This document shows, in pieces, positions 48,010 to 58,723 of a stretch of DNA of 64,000 nt. Source of the stretch: a virus; IMG/VR virus record IMGVR_UViG_3300034102_002082, positions 32,001 through 96,000 of that record, one strand, 5' to 3'. Position 1 is the first letter of the stretch. Every line of letters begins with the position of its first letter. The notes below the pieces were generated by a model. That model did no database searches, had not been told where the DNA came from, and saw only the letters and a program-made list of their open reading frames with translations. The translations under genes were made by a program, and so were the position numbers.

Positions 48010-50628
48010 TTATTCTTCGAAAGTAAAAAATTCCTCGGCATTTGCTAGGTTCTCATTAAAAATTTCCCAATTAAGCGCAGAGTATAAGTTCTCTAATTTC
48101 TTAAACAACTCTTTATCGAATATCTGGTCTTTGTCAACATAATTAGCGATAAAATCTATCACCTCTACCGGATCAGTTCCATCAGACTTGAAACCTATTT
48201 GATCTAGACCATATGGATTGTCCTTTAGATATACCCATTTCATTTTTGCGCCCTCATAAATTGGCTCAACAATATCTCCTAGACCTATGGATTTCAACAT
48301 ATCATTATATGCTAATGTAGCTTTCCCGTTCGCAATTGTTCCTTTTATAAATTTAAATGGTTCTCTACCTTCTACGTCATATATAAATAATGGATTTTTC
48401 TTTGATCTGTATGTCGCTGGTGCGTTCTTTGCTATTTCTACTACCTGTAGTTTACTCATATTCTTCTTGAAATCTATGATAGTGTTATCGATATCTTTCT
48501 TTGGTTTATATGTTAACATCCCAACTATTATATTTTCCATCAACTCTTTAAATTTAATAGGGAAGGATGTTCTGACTATATCTATTCCCTTCGCATCTAA
48601 TTTGTAATCTAGGTCTTTCTGCTTTTCCATATCATATACCTTATGCATTACGTACTTTTTCTTAGCTAACCATATCGCACAACTAGCTATGACATCCTCC
48701 GCAATTTTTATTCTATGTGATTTGGTATTGAAGAACTTTGGCATCATTACATTGTAAAATGAGTTTATCGATGATGCGAACATTGCGCAGGTTTTTATCG
48801 TATGTGCTTTTGCTGCTACGTGATCTTTTGGGTCGATACCTTCATGCACCATTAATGCATAAGCACTTATATAATTACTATCCGTGTCAACATATGTAAC
48901 ATAATCAACGCCAGTCGTATTTACTTTCTTGTTATAAATCGTGTTTACGAAGTTAGCAGTTGTTTTAATTATGTTCTGACCAGAAATAGTTACAGCCTCT
49001 GCGTTTATAAGATTGGAAAATCTCCAAGAATTCAAACCCAAAACTCCGTACAAGCTATTGAGTAGAATTTTTTGTACCATCTGTCTAAGATTGTAAAATT
49101 GTTCGACTTCTTTATTTTTCTCATCCGATGCTTTTTTCCCTAGTTTTTTGAATTCTACACGTTCAGCATACCATTTAACCAATATAGTTTTTAGTAGTCC
49201 ATCTACATTCAATGTATATAATGCGCCATTAGAAGCAATCGCTAAGTTATTATCTTCTACGTAGGAATTAAATTCATCAATTTTCATATCGATAGATTCT
49301 TGATTATTGAATATATCTACATGTACATTTTGTATATTTCCTTTTGCGTATGCATCTGTGCTCCACTTACCAACTTGACCAATCAATGTCTCTGGTGAAA
49401 TATTGAGACTCATAATTGTTGATGGGTATAGAGAATTAATATCGCAACTAAATATCCAATCATATCTTCCAGGTATTGGTTGTTTTACGTAAGCACCCTC
49501 GAAGCCCTTCTCATCATCTTCAGCGTCATCTTCCTCTGGTTCTTCACCCTCGTCATACTCCTTGATATAGGTCGATAATATACTATGTTCTTCCTTCGGT
49601 TTATTCGGTGCGACTAAATTATTTTTTCTTAGATACGTTAACAACGCACCTTCCAATAATCTAGATGATACCTCGAAATCTTCGTACGCAACATGACCGA
49701 CATGAGCAAGAGCCATTGCTAATTCGATGAATCTGTTTACTCTATCAATACCTACTACAAGGAATACGTCATTGATATTATACTCCACGAATTTTTTAAT
49801 ATCTTTTCGTAGCAAATCACCTAAACTCCCCTCATACTTTAACTTTCTAAGTTTTAGTTCTTCGTATGCGACGGTATCTAATCGATAATTCGGCAGTCTT
49901 TTTATACCAACTGTAAATTTCTTGTATAATACTAAATAATCCAATAGGCTGATACCAGCGACTGTTATTTTGCCCGTCTTGTCGTCTCTCCTTACGATAC
50001 CGATTGGTGATAGTTTGTATGCATATGAATCACCTAGAACCTTCTTGATTCTATTGAACATATACGGTATATCGAATCCGTTGGTATTCCACCCACTGAT
50101 AATAGTCGGATTTAGTATCTTGTATCTATTTAGGAAGTCGATGAGCAATTCATTCTCCGTTTTAAACGTAAGAACAATATTATCATCCTCTTCATAACCA
50201 GAAACTTCTCCTGATATATCCAGCACCATACATATATACTTCTTGATCGTATAATCATATAATGCTATAGCCGTTATCGGTTGTTGAGCGATATCAATCT
50301 TTGGGAATCCACCAGCTGTCTCCGTTTCTATATCTAGATATAGAACTCTATGGTTTTTTGATATTTCGTCAGAATCACCATAACAATCGATCAATACTCT
50401 GGTTGCTATTGGTACGTCAGTCTCAAAGTAACCATCGGAACCATAACCAAATCCACTAGTTACCCTATCTAGTTTGTCACCAAACATAGATGTATACTTA
50501 CCATTAGGATTCTTTTTGTATGCGTAAGGTTTGTAATCTGACACAATTAACCCAGCAACGTCATCCCACAAATAAACTTTACTCTGTCTGGTTATCTTGT
50601 TAGTATTTACGTAGATATTTTGATACAT
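48010..50628 (-). CDS. gp43: Family B DNA polymerase
   Basis: Exonuclease DIET, GWNTNGFD, YNINDV; polymerase DINSLYP, KILLNSLYG, YVDTDS. Confidence 0.97.
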   Translation of the reverse strand: MYQNIYVNTNKITRQSKVYLWDDVAGLIVSDYKPYAYKKNPNGKYTSMFGDKLDRVTSGFGYGSDGYFETDVPIATRVLIDCYGDSDEISKNHRVLYLDIETETAGGFPKIDIAQQPITAIALYDYTIKKYICMVLDISGEVSGYEEDDNIVLTFKTENELLIDFLNRYKILNPTIISGWNTNGFDIPYMFNRIKKVLGDSYAYKLSPIGIVRRDDKTGKITVAGISLLDYLVLYKKFTVGIKRLPNYRLDTVAYEELKLRKLKYEGSLGDLLRKDIKKFVEYNINDVFLVVGIDRVNRFIELAMALAHVGHVAYEDFEVSSRLLEGALLTYLRKNNLVAPNKPKEEHSILSTYIKEYDEGEEPEEDDAEDDEKGFEGAYVKQPIPGRYDWIFSCDINSLYPSTIMSLNISPETLIGQVGKWSTDAYAKGNIQNVHVDIFNNQESIDMKIDEFNSYVEDNNLAIASNGALYTLNVDGLLKTILVKWYAERVEFKKLGKKASDEKNKEVEQFYNLRQMVQKILLNSLYGVLGLNSWRFSNLINAEAVTISGQNIIKTTANFVNTIYNKKVNTTGVDYVTYVDTDSNYISAYALMVHEGIDPKDHVAAKAHTIKTCAMFASSINSFYNVMMPKFFNTKSHRIKIAEDVIASCAIWLAKKKYVMHKVYDMEKQKDLDYKLDAKGIDIVRTSFPIKFKELMENIIVGMLTYKPKKDIDNTIIDFKKNMSKLQVVEIAKNAPATYRSKKNPLFIYDVEGREPFKFIKGTIANGKATLAYNDMLKSIGLGDIVEPIYEGAKMKWVYLKDNPYGLDQIGFKSDGTDPVEVIDFIANYVDKDQIFDKELFKKLENLYSALNWEIFNENLANAEEFFTFEE

Positions 50629-50631
50629 GTT

Positions 50632-50793
50632 TTATAGAGACGAACTGATTACTTCTTCGTATGTGTAAATAGGAAATATTCCAAAAAAATACAAAGTTGT
50701 TATTTTTAACGTTAAAGTGTACGAATTTCCAGTAGTTCTACTTTTAGATAGATACCCAAATTTTCGCGCATATATTATTTTTTTGTAGAGCAT
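50632..50793 (-). CDS. 53-aa hypothetical protein (not in the ORF track)
   Basis: MLYKKIIYARKFG...LYFFGIFPIYTYEEVISSSL fills the gap between co-oriented genes. Confidence 0.55.
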   Translation of the reverse strand: MLYKKIIYARKFGYLSKSRTTGNSYTLTLKITTLYFFGIFPIYTYEEVISSSL

Positions 50794-50794
50794 A

Positions 50795-51196
50795 TTAATC
50801 CGAGAAGGTGAATTCTATCTGTCTATCTTCTTGCGTATATCCGTTTCTATTTATCGGCGATAAACGATTTATTGAAAATATCTTAGACATGATGATATCG
50901 GCTAACATGTTTGAATCTACGTGTGATATCTTTTGCTTGGAACCATCGGATATAGCCATAGCTATATTTGCTTGGAATACATCAGCGTAACTATCATCGC
51001 CTTTTAATCTATTTACCAATTCGTCGTATGGATTATATCCATTAGAATCTATCACTCCAACTTCACCATCAAAAATGTATCCACATCCACGTAAAAATTC
51101 ACCAAAATTACTAATTACATCATCCAACACTTCTGCCGAAAATGTTTTCGTTGTTTCTGTTCCATAACCATCACATGTAAATTTATATTTTGTCAT
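50795..51196 (-). CDS. Hypothetical protein
   Basis: Likely start MTKYKF after the promoter; FLRGCGY motif. Confidence 0.7.
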   Translation of the reverse strand: MTKYKFTCDGYGTETTKTFSAEVLDDVISNFGEFLRGCGYIFDGEVGVIDSNGYNPYDELVNRLKGDDSYADVFQANIAMAISDGSKQKISHVDSNMLADIIMSKIFSINRLSPINRNGYTQEDRQIEFTFSD

Positions 51197-51202
51197 ATTA
51201 TC

Positions 51203-51230
51203 AATATAGTTCATTAATCACTTTAGTCAA
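51203..51230 (-). promoter_or_regulatory. Sigma70-like promoter TTGACT-N16-TATATT
   Basis: Directly downstream of a terminator, 6 nt before the ATG. Confidence 0.6.
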
Positions 51231-51231
51231 T

Positions 51232-51266
51232 AAAAAAGACGGATACTTATCTCGTATCCGTCTTTT
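51232..51266 (-). terminator. Intrinsic terminator after the rII cluster
   Basis: AAAAGACGGATAC-7nt-GTATCCGTCTTTT. Confidence 0.8.
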
Positions 51267-51273
51267 GTGTATA

Positions 51274-51522
51274 TTACTTTTCTAACAATACCGCTCCGCG
51301 CTTCTTGACTTCTTCTTTTGTATTTTGGTCAACTGGACATTTACAAAATATGATCTTTGGTCTACCGAGTTCTTTCTGTGTTTTGCCTACTTGCGTAATA
51401 ACCCCACGAGAAATAGCTTGGTTGATTTTATATCTCAGTGTAATATTAACCACATCTGGGTTCAATTGCTGTAGCTCATCGATTGTGAATAATGTTGGAA
51501 ATTTTACTGATATGTTTTTCAT
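51274..51522 (-). CDS. Small winged-helix DNA-binding protein
   Basis: FTIDEL...TLRYKINQAISRGVI...GRPKIIF pattern. Confidence 0.6.
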   Translation of the reverse strand: MKNISVKFPTLFTIDELQQLNPDVVNITLRYKINQAISRGVITQVGKTQKELGRPKIIFCKCPVDQNTKEEVKKRGAVLLEK

Positions 51523-51524
51523 AT

Positions 51525-52598
51525 TTATAGCTTGTTGTTTTCGTATCCGTTTCTGTATCCGCGCATGTATCGTTTAGAGTCCGAGAATCGGGGAGAGTAA
51601 CCATCGCCTAACTTCTTGTCATGTTGACCATCATCTCTACCGATAAAATAGTCGTCATCGGTAAATGTTAGGTCTTCTGGTGTATAGTCTGCTTGGTTTG
51701 ATTCCTCACAACTGCACCCACAAGAACTATCGCAGCACTCATACTCATCCTCACAGTCTAGATTATCGGAGTCATTCTCATAATCGAAATCTGTCTCTAG
51801 ATCCGGTTTCATCTCCGTTGCATTAGCTGTATACACAACACCATCGAGAATCTTCTGTAGATCCTTGATTTCTCCTATAACTTCATACTTACAAACTCGC
51901 AGCTTAGTACAACCGTGGTCTTCTGGGACACATACAGCATCCGCTGGGTTTACCTTTACAATCATTAATCGATTGTGACCCTCTCGGATTTCTCCTTCAC
52001 CGAAATGTCCATATTGCTTGACGTAAGAAATTGCTCCTACATGAAGACCAGAAGAACAGTGGCGAGCTTTATCTTCGTCAACAGAATTTCTTGGTACTTC
52101 TGGCTTACTTCCAATTGAATTATCGAAAGTTCCGGAATAAATATCCTTATAGTTGTTTTTAACTGCTTTATATGCCAAGAAACAACCATCTTCTGTGATT
52201 GGCATAGACTTATGTTCCAAGAACTTATAAAGCTCTTGTACTGCTCGATATGAAGGATTATTTTGTATGTGCGCAATAAAGTTTAATAGATGTTTAAATT
52301 CAAATCCTTCCTTCATTAGCGACATGATTCTAACGGTAATAGCATTGTCAAGAACTTTTCCTTTATACATGACTACACCATCAACTAATTCAACATCGGA
52401 ATAAGCCGATAGGTATTTCTTAACATTTGCGGTGATATCTAGCAACTTTGGAACAATTTCCCAGTTCCCATTCTTGATAGCTTCCTTAATCTTTGTGAAA
52501 TTTTGGTGGCTTGAATTGATTGGTGGATATAAAGTTCCGTTGTAATAAACGGAAATGCTATTTTCTGTGATTGACGCTGTTGGTTTATTTTGGATCAT
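51525..52598 (-). CDS. rIIB: rIIB-like protein
   Basis: NPSYRAVQELYKFL, ITEDGCFLAYKAV, CSSGLHVG, KLRVCKYEV. Confidence 0.88.
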   Translation of the reverse strand: MIQNKPTASITENSISVYYNGTLYPPINSSHQNFTKIKEAIKNGNWEIVPKLLDITANVKKYLSAYSDVELVDGVVMYKGKVLDNAITVRIMSLMKEGFEFKHLLNFIAHIQNNPSYRAVQELYKFLEHKSMPITEDGCFLAYKAVKNNYKDIYSGTFDNSIGSKPEVPRNSVDEDKARHCSSGLHVGAISYVKQYGHFGEGEIREGHNRLMIVKVNPADAVCVPEDHGCTKLRVCKYEVIGEIKDLQKILDGVVYTANATEMKPDLETDFDYENDSDNLDCEDEYECCDSSCGCSCEESNQADYTPEDLTFTDDDYFIGRDDGQHDKKLGDGYSPRFSDSKRYMRGYRNGYENNKL

Positions 52599-52614
52599 AA
52601 TTTGATTTAGTTAT

Positions 52615-52642
52615 AATATATACTGTTTATGTTGATTGTCAA
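52615..52642 (-). promoter_or_regulatory. Sigma70-like promoter TTGACA-N16-TATATT
   Basis: Between rIIA and rIIB. Confidence 0.6.
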
Positions 52643-52648
52643 GTTAAT

Positions 52649-54817
52649 TTACGCTACGCTCTTGACGAAAGATTTTATTATTTTCTTGTATCTTGGTTCC
52701 GTAACTGTGTCTCTGATATGCCAATATGCATTATCTGGTGTCATCAATATTTCAAATATTGGATACTCTTGGATAATTTTCTGAGCAGCATCCGATACGC
52801 ATTCGTAGGTAGACTTCTTCTCGTCTAATTTTATCATGTGTCTAAACCGTGACGGAATTTTTGTTAGTTTATTTGTATTTTTTTCTCTAATGTCTAATGA
52901 GTTTTTGTAATTAATAAAAAACGATTTTAGTTTACCCTCATTAAAATCAGAAGCATCAACAACCTTCATGGTAGCAACGAGAATAGGATTAATCTTTTCG
53001 TGGTCTTCTTCTATTTTTGTGTGATCTACAAACTTCAAATCGTTTATTTTCTTCTGCATCAATTTGTAAAAAGAATCAAAGAAGTCGTGCCAATTGGCTG
53101 GTATCTTTTTCATATTTTTAGATGGAGTCAATGCATATAGCTTTAGATCGTCACCAGTGATTGATTTGTACTCAGTGAAATAGTCAGATAAATTATGGAT
53201 TCCCATCGACTCATTCTTATGTACAATCTCATTAAATGTCATGTTTACATAAAAATACTCTCCGTTATTTATATCTACATCTTCCGTAGAAGTAAAAATA
53301 CGATTGCTACTATTTATATTCAGTTTCTTCAAGTTCCTGATGTTTTTAGGTCTTGATACTCTAGGAGCAATATTTTTTACCTTTACTACTTTTGGTGGGA
53401 GAGATAAACTAGAAACCAACGTGAACATGGATATATCCAATCCTAGCTGTGAGAATAGGAATTTCCTATAATCATCATCTACGTTACGGAAAACGAATAC
53501 GTTCTTTTGTATCTGTGCGGCAGCTAGATGGTGTTTTAATTTTTTATTCGCTATTTCTGCGCACGGTTCATCGTTTATGAATAGTTCTGTATTTTTCGAA
53601 TAAAAGAATATTTGCGCAAACCCAGAATGGATCTTTTTAATTAGTCTTCCTCTTACCGATACTTCTTCCATATAATTCAGATATTTATCGGCGTGTTCGT
53701 ATCTATTGTATGTCTGATTATTTTTAATGAAAAATCTTTTTATGATTGGTTCAATCTCTTCGTTACACGAAGTAATCTTTTTTCCATCATATTCAAAACC
53801 TACAGCTTTTAGGATAGATTGTAGCTGCCAGTTATAAACACCATCCTTGAATATTTCGGTATACTGCAATCTTGCAGCGTAATAACTAGTCGCAGTTTCT
53901 ATCTGTGCCTTTGCTATTACCGATAGCTCCTTTTTTACCAATTGTAGCTTTTCTTTGATCTTTTTATTTGTTTCTTGATCGTATTGGATTTCTTCTCTGG
54001 AAACGGTTGGCTGTAATTCACCAATATTAAAAGTGATTTCGATTCCGGTGTTAATTAGATCATGCAATTCAGAATCATAAGACAGACCTGATTTATATGA
54101 GTCTAGTGGATATCCGATATTTCCCATTACCAGAAATGATTTATTTGAATCCTTGCGCATCTTCCAGTCACTACCAGTAAATAGATATTCAAAGTTAGTT
54201 AGTAAAAAGTTATTGCACCCGATTACTTTTGGTTTATTTACGAAACGGGAATATACGTTCTTTGCCGTGTCAACAAATCGACCGATGTCTCCCGATTTTA
54301 CCGGAAAGGATACCTGCACACCGTTCTTTTCGTCTGTTTGATCTTCGGCAAACTTAGCCAAGCGTGGCTCACCATCCTCAAGAAACGCCGTATAAATGTA
54401 TTTAACGCCATCAAAATATGAAATTACGGTGAACGTATCACTATAACAGAATGGTGTCTTAGAACCCAAACCAAACGCACCTGTGAAGCTATTTGAGTTG
54501 GTTCTAGTAGATTCAAAGTAATTGCAATAAACTTTATATACTGACTCTTCGGACATTCCGGTACCAAAATCCCGAATATAGAAGAATGGTTCAAGTTCAT
54601 TTGGTAGGTGAACGATGAATGGTTCGGTAGTCCCAGCTTCTGTGTGGGAGTCTGCTGCGTTTGTCGCCAATTCACGAATCGGCGCGGCGATTGGGTCTGG
54701 ATAGATAGTGCTGGATAGCAACTTAAAAGCCTTTGCTGATGCTTTAATTCCGAATTTCCGCTCTTCGGCGATTGCGATTCTGTCTATCGGTTTGCTGGTA
54801 GGTTCTGCGATAATCAT
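52649..54817 (-). CDS. rIIA: rIIA-like protein (N-terminal GHKL ATPase)
   Basis: IRELATNAADSH, IRDFGTGM, GAFGLGSK, SREEIQY; next to rIIB. Confidence 0.9.
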   Translation of the reverse strand: MIIAEPTSKPIDRIAIAEERKFGIKASAKAFKLLSSTIYPDPIAAPIRELATNAADSHTEAGTTEPFIVHLPNELEPFFYIRDFGTGMSEESVYKVYCNYFESTRTNSNSFTGAFGLGSKTPFCYSDTFTVISYFDGVKYIYTAFLEDGEPRLAKFAEDQTDEKNGVQVSFPVKSGDIGRFVDTAKNVYSRFVNKPKVIGCNNFLLTNFEYLFTGSDWKMRKDSNKSFLVMGNIGYPLDSYKSGLSYDSELHDLINTGIEITFNIGELQPTVSREEIQYDQETNKKIKEKLQLVKKELSVIAKAQIETATSYYAARLQYTEIFKDGVYNWQLQSILKAVGFEYDGKKITSCNEEIEPIIKRFFIKNNQTYNRYEHADKYLNYMEEVSVRGRLIKKIHSGFAQIFFYSKNTELFINDEPCAEIANKKLKHHLAAAQIQKNVFVFRNVDDDYRKFLFSQLGLDISMFTLVSSLSLPPKVVKVKNIAPRVSRPKNIRNLKKLNINSSNRIFTSTEDVDINNGEYFYVNMTFNEIVHKNESMGIHNLSDYFTEYKSITGDDLKLYALTPSKNMKKIPANWHDFFDSFYKLMQKKINDLKFVDHTKIEEDHEKINPILVATMKVVDASDFNEGKLKSFFINYKNSLDIREKNTNKLTKIPSRFRHMIKLDEKKSTYECVSDAAQKIIQEYPIFEILMTPDNAYWHIRDTVTEPRYKKIIKSFVKSVA

Positions 54818-54853
54818 GTGTTATGTTTGGTTTGAGTTGTTAAACTTCCACTA

Positions 54854-54881
54854 ACCATGCACGAACTATAATATATGTCAA
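54854..54881 (-). promoter_or_regulatory. Sigma70-like promoter TTGACA-N16-CATGGT
   Basis: Upstream of rIIA; same spacer as the other promoters. Confidence 0.45.
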
Positions 54882-54888
54882 GCGTTTT

Positions 54889-55308
54889 TTACCACGCACC
54901 AATTTCTCTTAGCGTTTCTTCAAATAAAAACCAATCGGTAGAACCATCCCAGCCAGCCTTGTCATCCAAAACTAAATTGAAATAAAATTTACCATTAAAG
55001 TCACACAATTCGGTATTTGGACACTCTGGATTCTCGTTAATGTAATTAAACTTTACATCTTGTGCTTCCATAATAGTTAGTATATCGCGTATTGGTCCAA
55101 TGTGAGATGATGTCCATAAAATTAGACATATATCAGACCTATTTGACAAATCCCTGAGAACTTCAATCGAATTAGGAAAGAAATTTGCCCCATCATTATT
55201 TAAATTGTACTTTCCTTCAATGATGGTGTCGTGTAAATCTATAGCGATATAGATTTTACTCCACCCCCTCTTAATTTTATCCGCAAAAACTTTTTTAACG
55301 TGTTTCAT
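54889..55308 (-). CDS. HAD-superfamily hydrolase
   Basis: IAIDLHDTI, LILWTS, LDDKAG. Confidence 0.75.
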   Translation of the reverse strand: MKHVKKVFADKIKRGWSKIYIAIDLHDTIIEGKYNLNNDGANFFPNSIEVLRDLSNRSDICLILWTSSHIGPIRDILTIMEAQDVKFNYINENPECPNTELCDFNGKFYFNLVLDDKAGWDGSTDWFLFEETLREIGAW

Positions 55309-56320
55309 TTCTTATTTGGCTAGAGGAAATTTTATTGTCGTAATCAATTAAACTAGAATGGAAAATCAGAATCTTTTCGTGCTTTTTATGTTCTTCATCA
55401 GATACCCATTTACAATGTCTACCAAATACCAAGAATTTCACGCTCCCATTAGAACCAAAGTATTTTTTATCTTCGTCTGATATTCTGTCCCACGTATCTA
55501 CCCCACAAACAAAATTTACATTCGTTAGATTTGGATAGTTTTTTGCTAACCATTCATATTTAGAAACAAATGTTCTGTTATATGATAATATAACGTCTTC
55601 TCCAATCTTATCTATCCTAGAATTTACATCATCGAGATTTATCGCTTTCTTATCGAAATTTTTTATGCTTATTTCGAGATAAGTTTTATTTCCCGTGATT
55701 TCTTCCGACAATTTCTTTATTTCTCTATGGGCATCATGTATGGGGTTAAAGCTACCGGGATATACATTTATAGAACTTTCTACAATAAATCTAGCGGGAA
55801 TATACTTAATCTCATATTCAGTAGGAACCAGAACACAACCACTTACTATAATTAGATATGCTAATTTTATCATTTCCTCCGTGTGTCGCAGTATGTCGTG
55901 TTCTTGTGCATGTCTACGATCACCAGTAAATCCACCAACGTAATTGAATTTTATGGATTTGGATATTTCAAAATTGTAACCAGTAATTACGATATTGGCT
56001 AAATTTACTCGCCCCTCTCGTTCATTATTAGCCGCCAAGGAGCAAGCAATACCAATACCGAAATGTCTATTGCCATTTTTACCAAATTCTTGAGATACTA
56101 CGGATAGCTCTTTAGCCGATTCGTAACTGGCGTATTTACTCCAACTATCGACATGGATATATTTATTAAACATATCCATGTCGTTTATGAAGTTTGCGCC
56201 CAAAATGATCGAACTTCTTCCGGAAACGGAGCAAATATTTGATATCGTAATAGTGCCTCCACCAGCAGTAGATATGTGGAAAGTTGCGCCTATTTCTTTT
56301 AGTTGTTCAATCGTGTGCAT
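55295..56320 (-). CDS. NMN adenylyltransferase-like nucleotidyltransferase with a CinA-like N-terminal domain
   Basis: YPGSFNPIHDAH (HIGH-type), CGVDT, ISSSQIR; N-terminal STAGGG...SVSGRS resembles CinA/PncC. Confidence 0.75.
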   Translation of the reverse strand: MHTIEQLKEIGATFHISTAGGGTITISNICSVSGRSSIILGANFINDMDMFNKYIHVDSWSKYASYESAKELSVVSQEFGKNGNRHFGIGIACSLAANNEREGRVNLANIVITGYNFEISKSIKFNYVGGFTGDRRHAQEHDILRHTEEMIKLAYLIIVSGCVLVPTEYEIKYIPARFIVESSINVYPGSFNPIHDAHREIKKLSEEITGNKTYLEISIKNFDKKAINLDDVNSRIDKIGEDVILSYNRTFVSKYEWLAKNYPNLTNVNFVCGVDTWDRISDEDKKYFGSNGSVKFLVFGRHCKWVSDEEHKKHEKILIFHSSLIDYDNKISSSQIRNETR

Positions 56321-56327
56321 TGGGTAA

Positions 56328-57731
56328 TTAACCTTCCTGTATATTTTTCTTGATATCAGCTAACGTGTATTCTTTCATGATCTCGCCATTTTCAAATACA
56401 GTTACTAATTCATCACCAATTTCTGGATATTCATGTAGCTGGACAGTTTTGTATTCTCCGTTGATTTTGATCAATTTTATTTTGCCTTTCTTCGAACGCT
56501 TACCGCTATCTGTTATTGGATCTTTAAAGATATCGATCCATTTTCCGTCTACCTTTGCGGCACATGCCTTGAACGCAAATTTACACGTATCGCGATCTAC
56601 ATTTTTAACAAGTAAGCCACCACCAGAACCAACGGTTAAATTATCTGCACTCCAGCCCAATTTAACTATATGTTCATACAGGGAATTAATCGTTGTGGGT
56701 TCCATTCCATCTCCCTGTATTACGCCGACATGTGGATCTAATACCTTATAACCACCAGTGTTGACTGTTCCTCCAAATTTATTCCATAAGATTTCGAGAA
56801 CCTTCGGGATGACATCAAAGAAATCACCCGAATCTGGTCGAATTACTAGCTTACCATTGCGGTTAATAACTTCATCTCGCAATACACCGCCCCAGATGTT
56901 TTCACAGCAGTTATAGATATTATATGTATCACTAACACATGCTATCGGTCCTTCTGGATACTGTTTTAGGAAATTTCTACACGCATCGACCTCATGCTCT
57001 CGACCAAAAGAACATAGAACCGAGTGTTCTGTTGCTGGTATAGAGAATCCACACATACCGGAACTGTAATTCTTTTGTAGCATTCGCACGCCGGATACGG
57101 TATCTGTTCCCATAAATGACAATAAATGAGCAGCAGCACCGATTGCAGAATGTTCTTCGCAGGTTGTTCCACGATAGGAAAAATCGTGACAACGGAAATC
57201 AATAGATTCCGGTGTTCCAGATTGTTTCAAATGATTGACGATATCTTGCTTGATGTTATTAGACTGTGTTGCGATTGTTATGGAATACCAAATCTTCAGT
57301 AACAATGTCTCGATGAAATTAGTTAACCAGTAACATTTTTCGTCTGTATTTTCTACTGTTACCAATACATTTCCGGTCGCGATAATCGCACCTTCCTTTA
57401 CTGCTTTTATACGTAATGGTAGTTTTCCTCCACAATTATCTCGGATATACTCCCATGCTGCTCGGTTGAATACATCCTTTCTTCCAAAGTGTTCTTCCCA
57501 GAATGCCTGCGCCTCATCAATTTTCTCCGTAGTAACTTGTACACCAGAAATTATCTTCAGGTAATACTGAAGCCCAAAGAAGACCGTTTTATTAAATCTT
57601 CCTCCACGGGACTCTAGGTAACTTAGCATTATCTCAAGTTTTGGACAATAAGCATTAATGTGGGATATTTTATAGCTATCCGTACAAAGCAAGAGGTTAA
57701 TATTTTCTTTATTTTTATATGTAGTTGTCAT
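56328..57731 (-). CDS. nadV: Nicotinamide phosphoribosyltransferase
   Basis: TDSYKISH, HDFSYRG, SIPATEHS, VSDTY, IRPDSG, IQGDG, KDPITD. Confidence 0.95.
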   Translation of the reverse strand: MTTTYKNKENINLLLCTDSYKISHINAYCPKLEIMLSYLESRGGRFNKTVFFGLQYYLKIISGVQVTTEKIDEAQAFWEEHFGRKDVFNRAAWEYIRDNCGGKLPLRIKAVKEGAIIATGNVLVTVENTDEKCYWLTNFIETLLLKIWYSITIATQSNNIKQDIVNHLKQSGTPESIDFRCHDFSYRGTTCEEHSAIGAAAHLLSFMGTDTVSGVRMLQKNYSSGMCGFSIPATEHSVLCSFGREHEVDACRNFLKQYPEGPIACVSDTYNIYNCCENIWGGVLRDEVINRNGKLVIRPDSGDFFDVIPKVLEILWNKFGGTVNTGGYKVLDPHVGVIQGDGMEPTTINSLYEHIVKLGWSADNLTVGSGGGLLVKNVDRDTCKFAFKACAAKVDGKWIDIFKDPITDSGKRSKKGKIKLIKINGEYKTVQLHEYPEIGDELVTVFENGEIMKEYTLADIKKNIQEG

Positions 57732-57751
57732 GATTTCTATCACTACACCAA

Positions 57752-58723
57752 CTATCGTGATATGTCAAGTGTATTTTTGATTTCTGTTGCGTACCATCCC
57801 TTTGATGGTCCACGCAAAACTCTTCTTCCTACTTTTCCGGCATTTGTCAATAATGTTGGGTGCTTTATTCCTCTCGATTTACAAAATTCAACTAAATTAC
57901 CATCAACAAAATACACATTGTCGTTGTTATCTACTATTTTCCATTTTTTTGCTTTTGGGTTTTTGCTTCCCTTAAATCTACCCAATTCCTTTAATTTATT
58001 TGATATATGAATTTTTTCTTCGGTTGTACATTTTCTTCCAAGAGTCGGGTGACCATTTTTAGCAAATGCTTCTCGTAACTTTCTTTTATGTTCCTCCGAA
58101 GAATTTCGTTTTATGATTTTATTTGTGTGTTCCGCTCTCTCTGCTTCCGATAATGTTGCATACCAGTTCTTTACTTTCTCAGAATGTAACTTTTTTTGTT
58201 CATCTGTCCACTTTTTTCCAAACATTGCATTTTTATCTCCGATATGGGATAGTCTTTGTAATTCTAGATGTTCCGGTGTTCGTTTATAATAATGTGCTGG
58301 ATGTAGTTCCCCTTTTAGTCCGTACATACTATTTTTTTCTCCTGATGTGTCTGGTCTAAAGTCCCCACCATCTGTTAGATTAGTTAACGGACCCATATTT
58401 AAATCTCGTCTTCCTATTTTCGATATAAGCTCAATCTCTATACGTTTTGACTCATCTACTGTCAAATTCTCGTGGATTTTTATTATTATCGGATCGACGC
58501 CATATGAAAGGATGCTTTTTATTCTATAGAACTTATGAAAGTTTCCTGTTCTTATTGATTTTTTTCTCTGTGCTTCTACTAGATGGTCTTTATATCTATT
58601 TCTTTTTCCTATACCAACATAAAATGGCTCATATTGGTATTTTAAATCTTGATATTCGAAATTTCCTGTTTTTGTCGGATCGAAATAAATATAAACGTAA
58701 TTGATATTGTCATTAATTGTCAT
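57752..58723 (-). CDS. GIY-YIG-superfamily homing endonuclease with NUMOD3-like repeats
   Basis: YVYIYFDP...FYVGIGK..RY..H, EIELI, LTNLTDGG, GEKNSMYG repeats. Confidence 0.85.
   Translation of the reverse strand: MTINDNINYVYIYFDPTKTGNFEYQDLKYQYEPFYVGIGKRNRYKDHLVEAQRKKSIRTGNFHKFYRIKSILSYGVDPIIIKIHENLTVDESKRIEIELISKIGRRDLNMGPLTNLTDGGDFRPDTSGEKNSMYGLKGELHPAHYYKRTPEHLELQRLSHIGDKNAMFGKKWTDEQKKLHSEKVKNWYATLSEAERAEHTNKIIKRNSSEEHKRKLREAFAKNGHPTLGRKCTTEEKIHISNKLKELGRFKGSKNPKAKKWKIVDNNDNVYFVDGNLVEFCKSRGIKHPTLLTNAGKVGRRVLRGPSKGWYATEIKNTLDISR

Noticed and set aside
21979-50628. Inteins or introns in terminase, portal, capsid or polymerase
   Set aside because: Motifs are contiguous and lengths are ordinary
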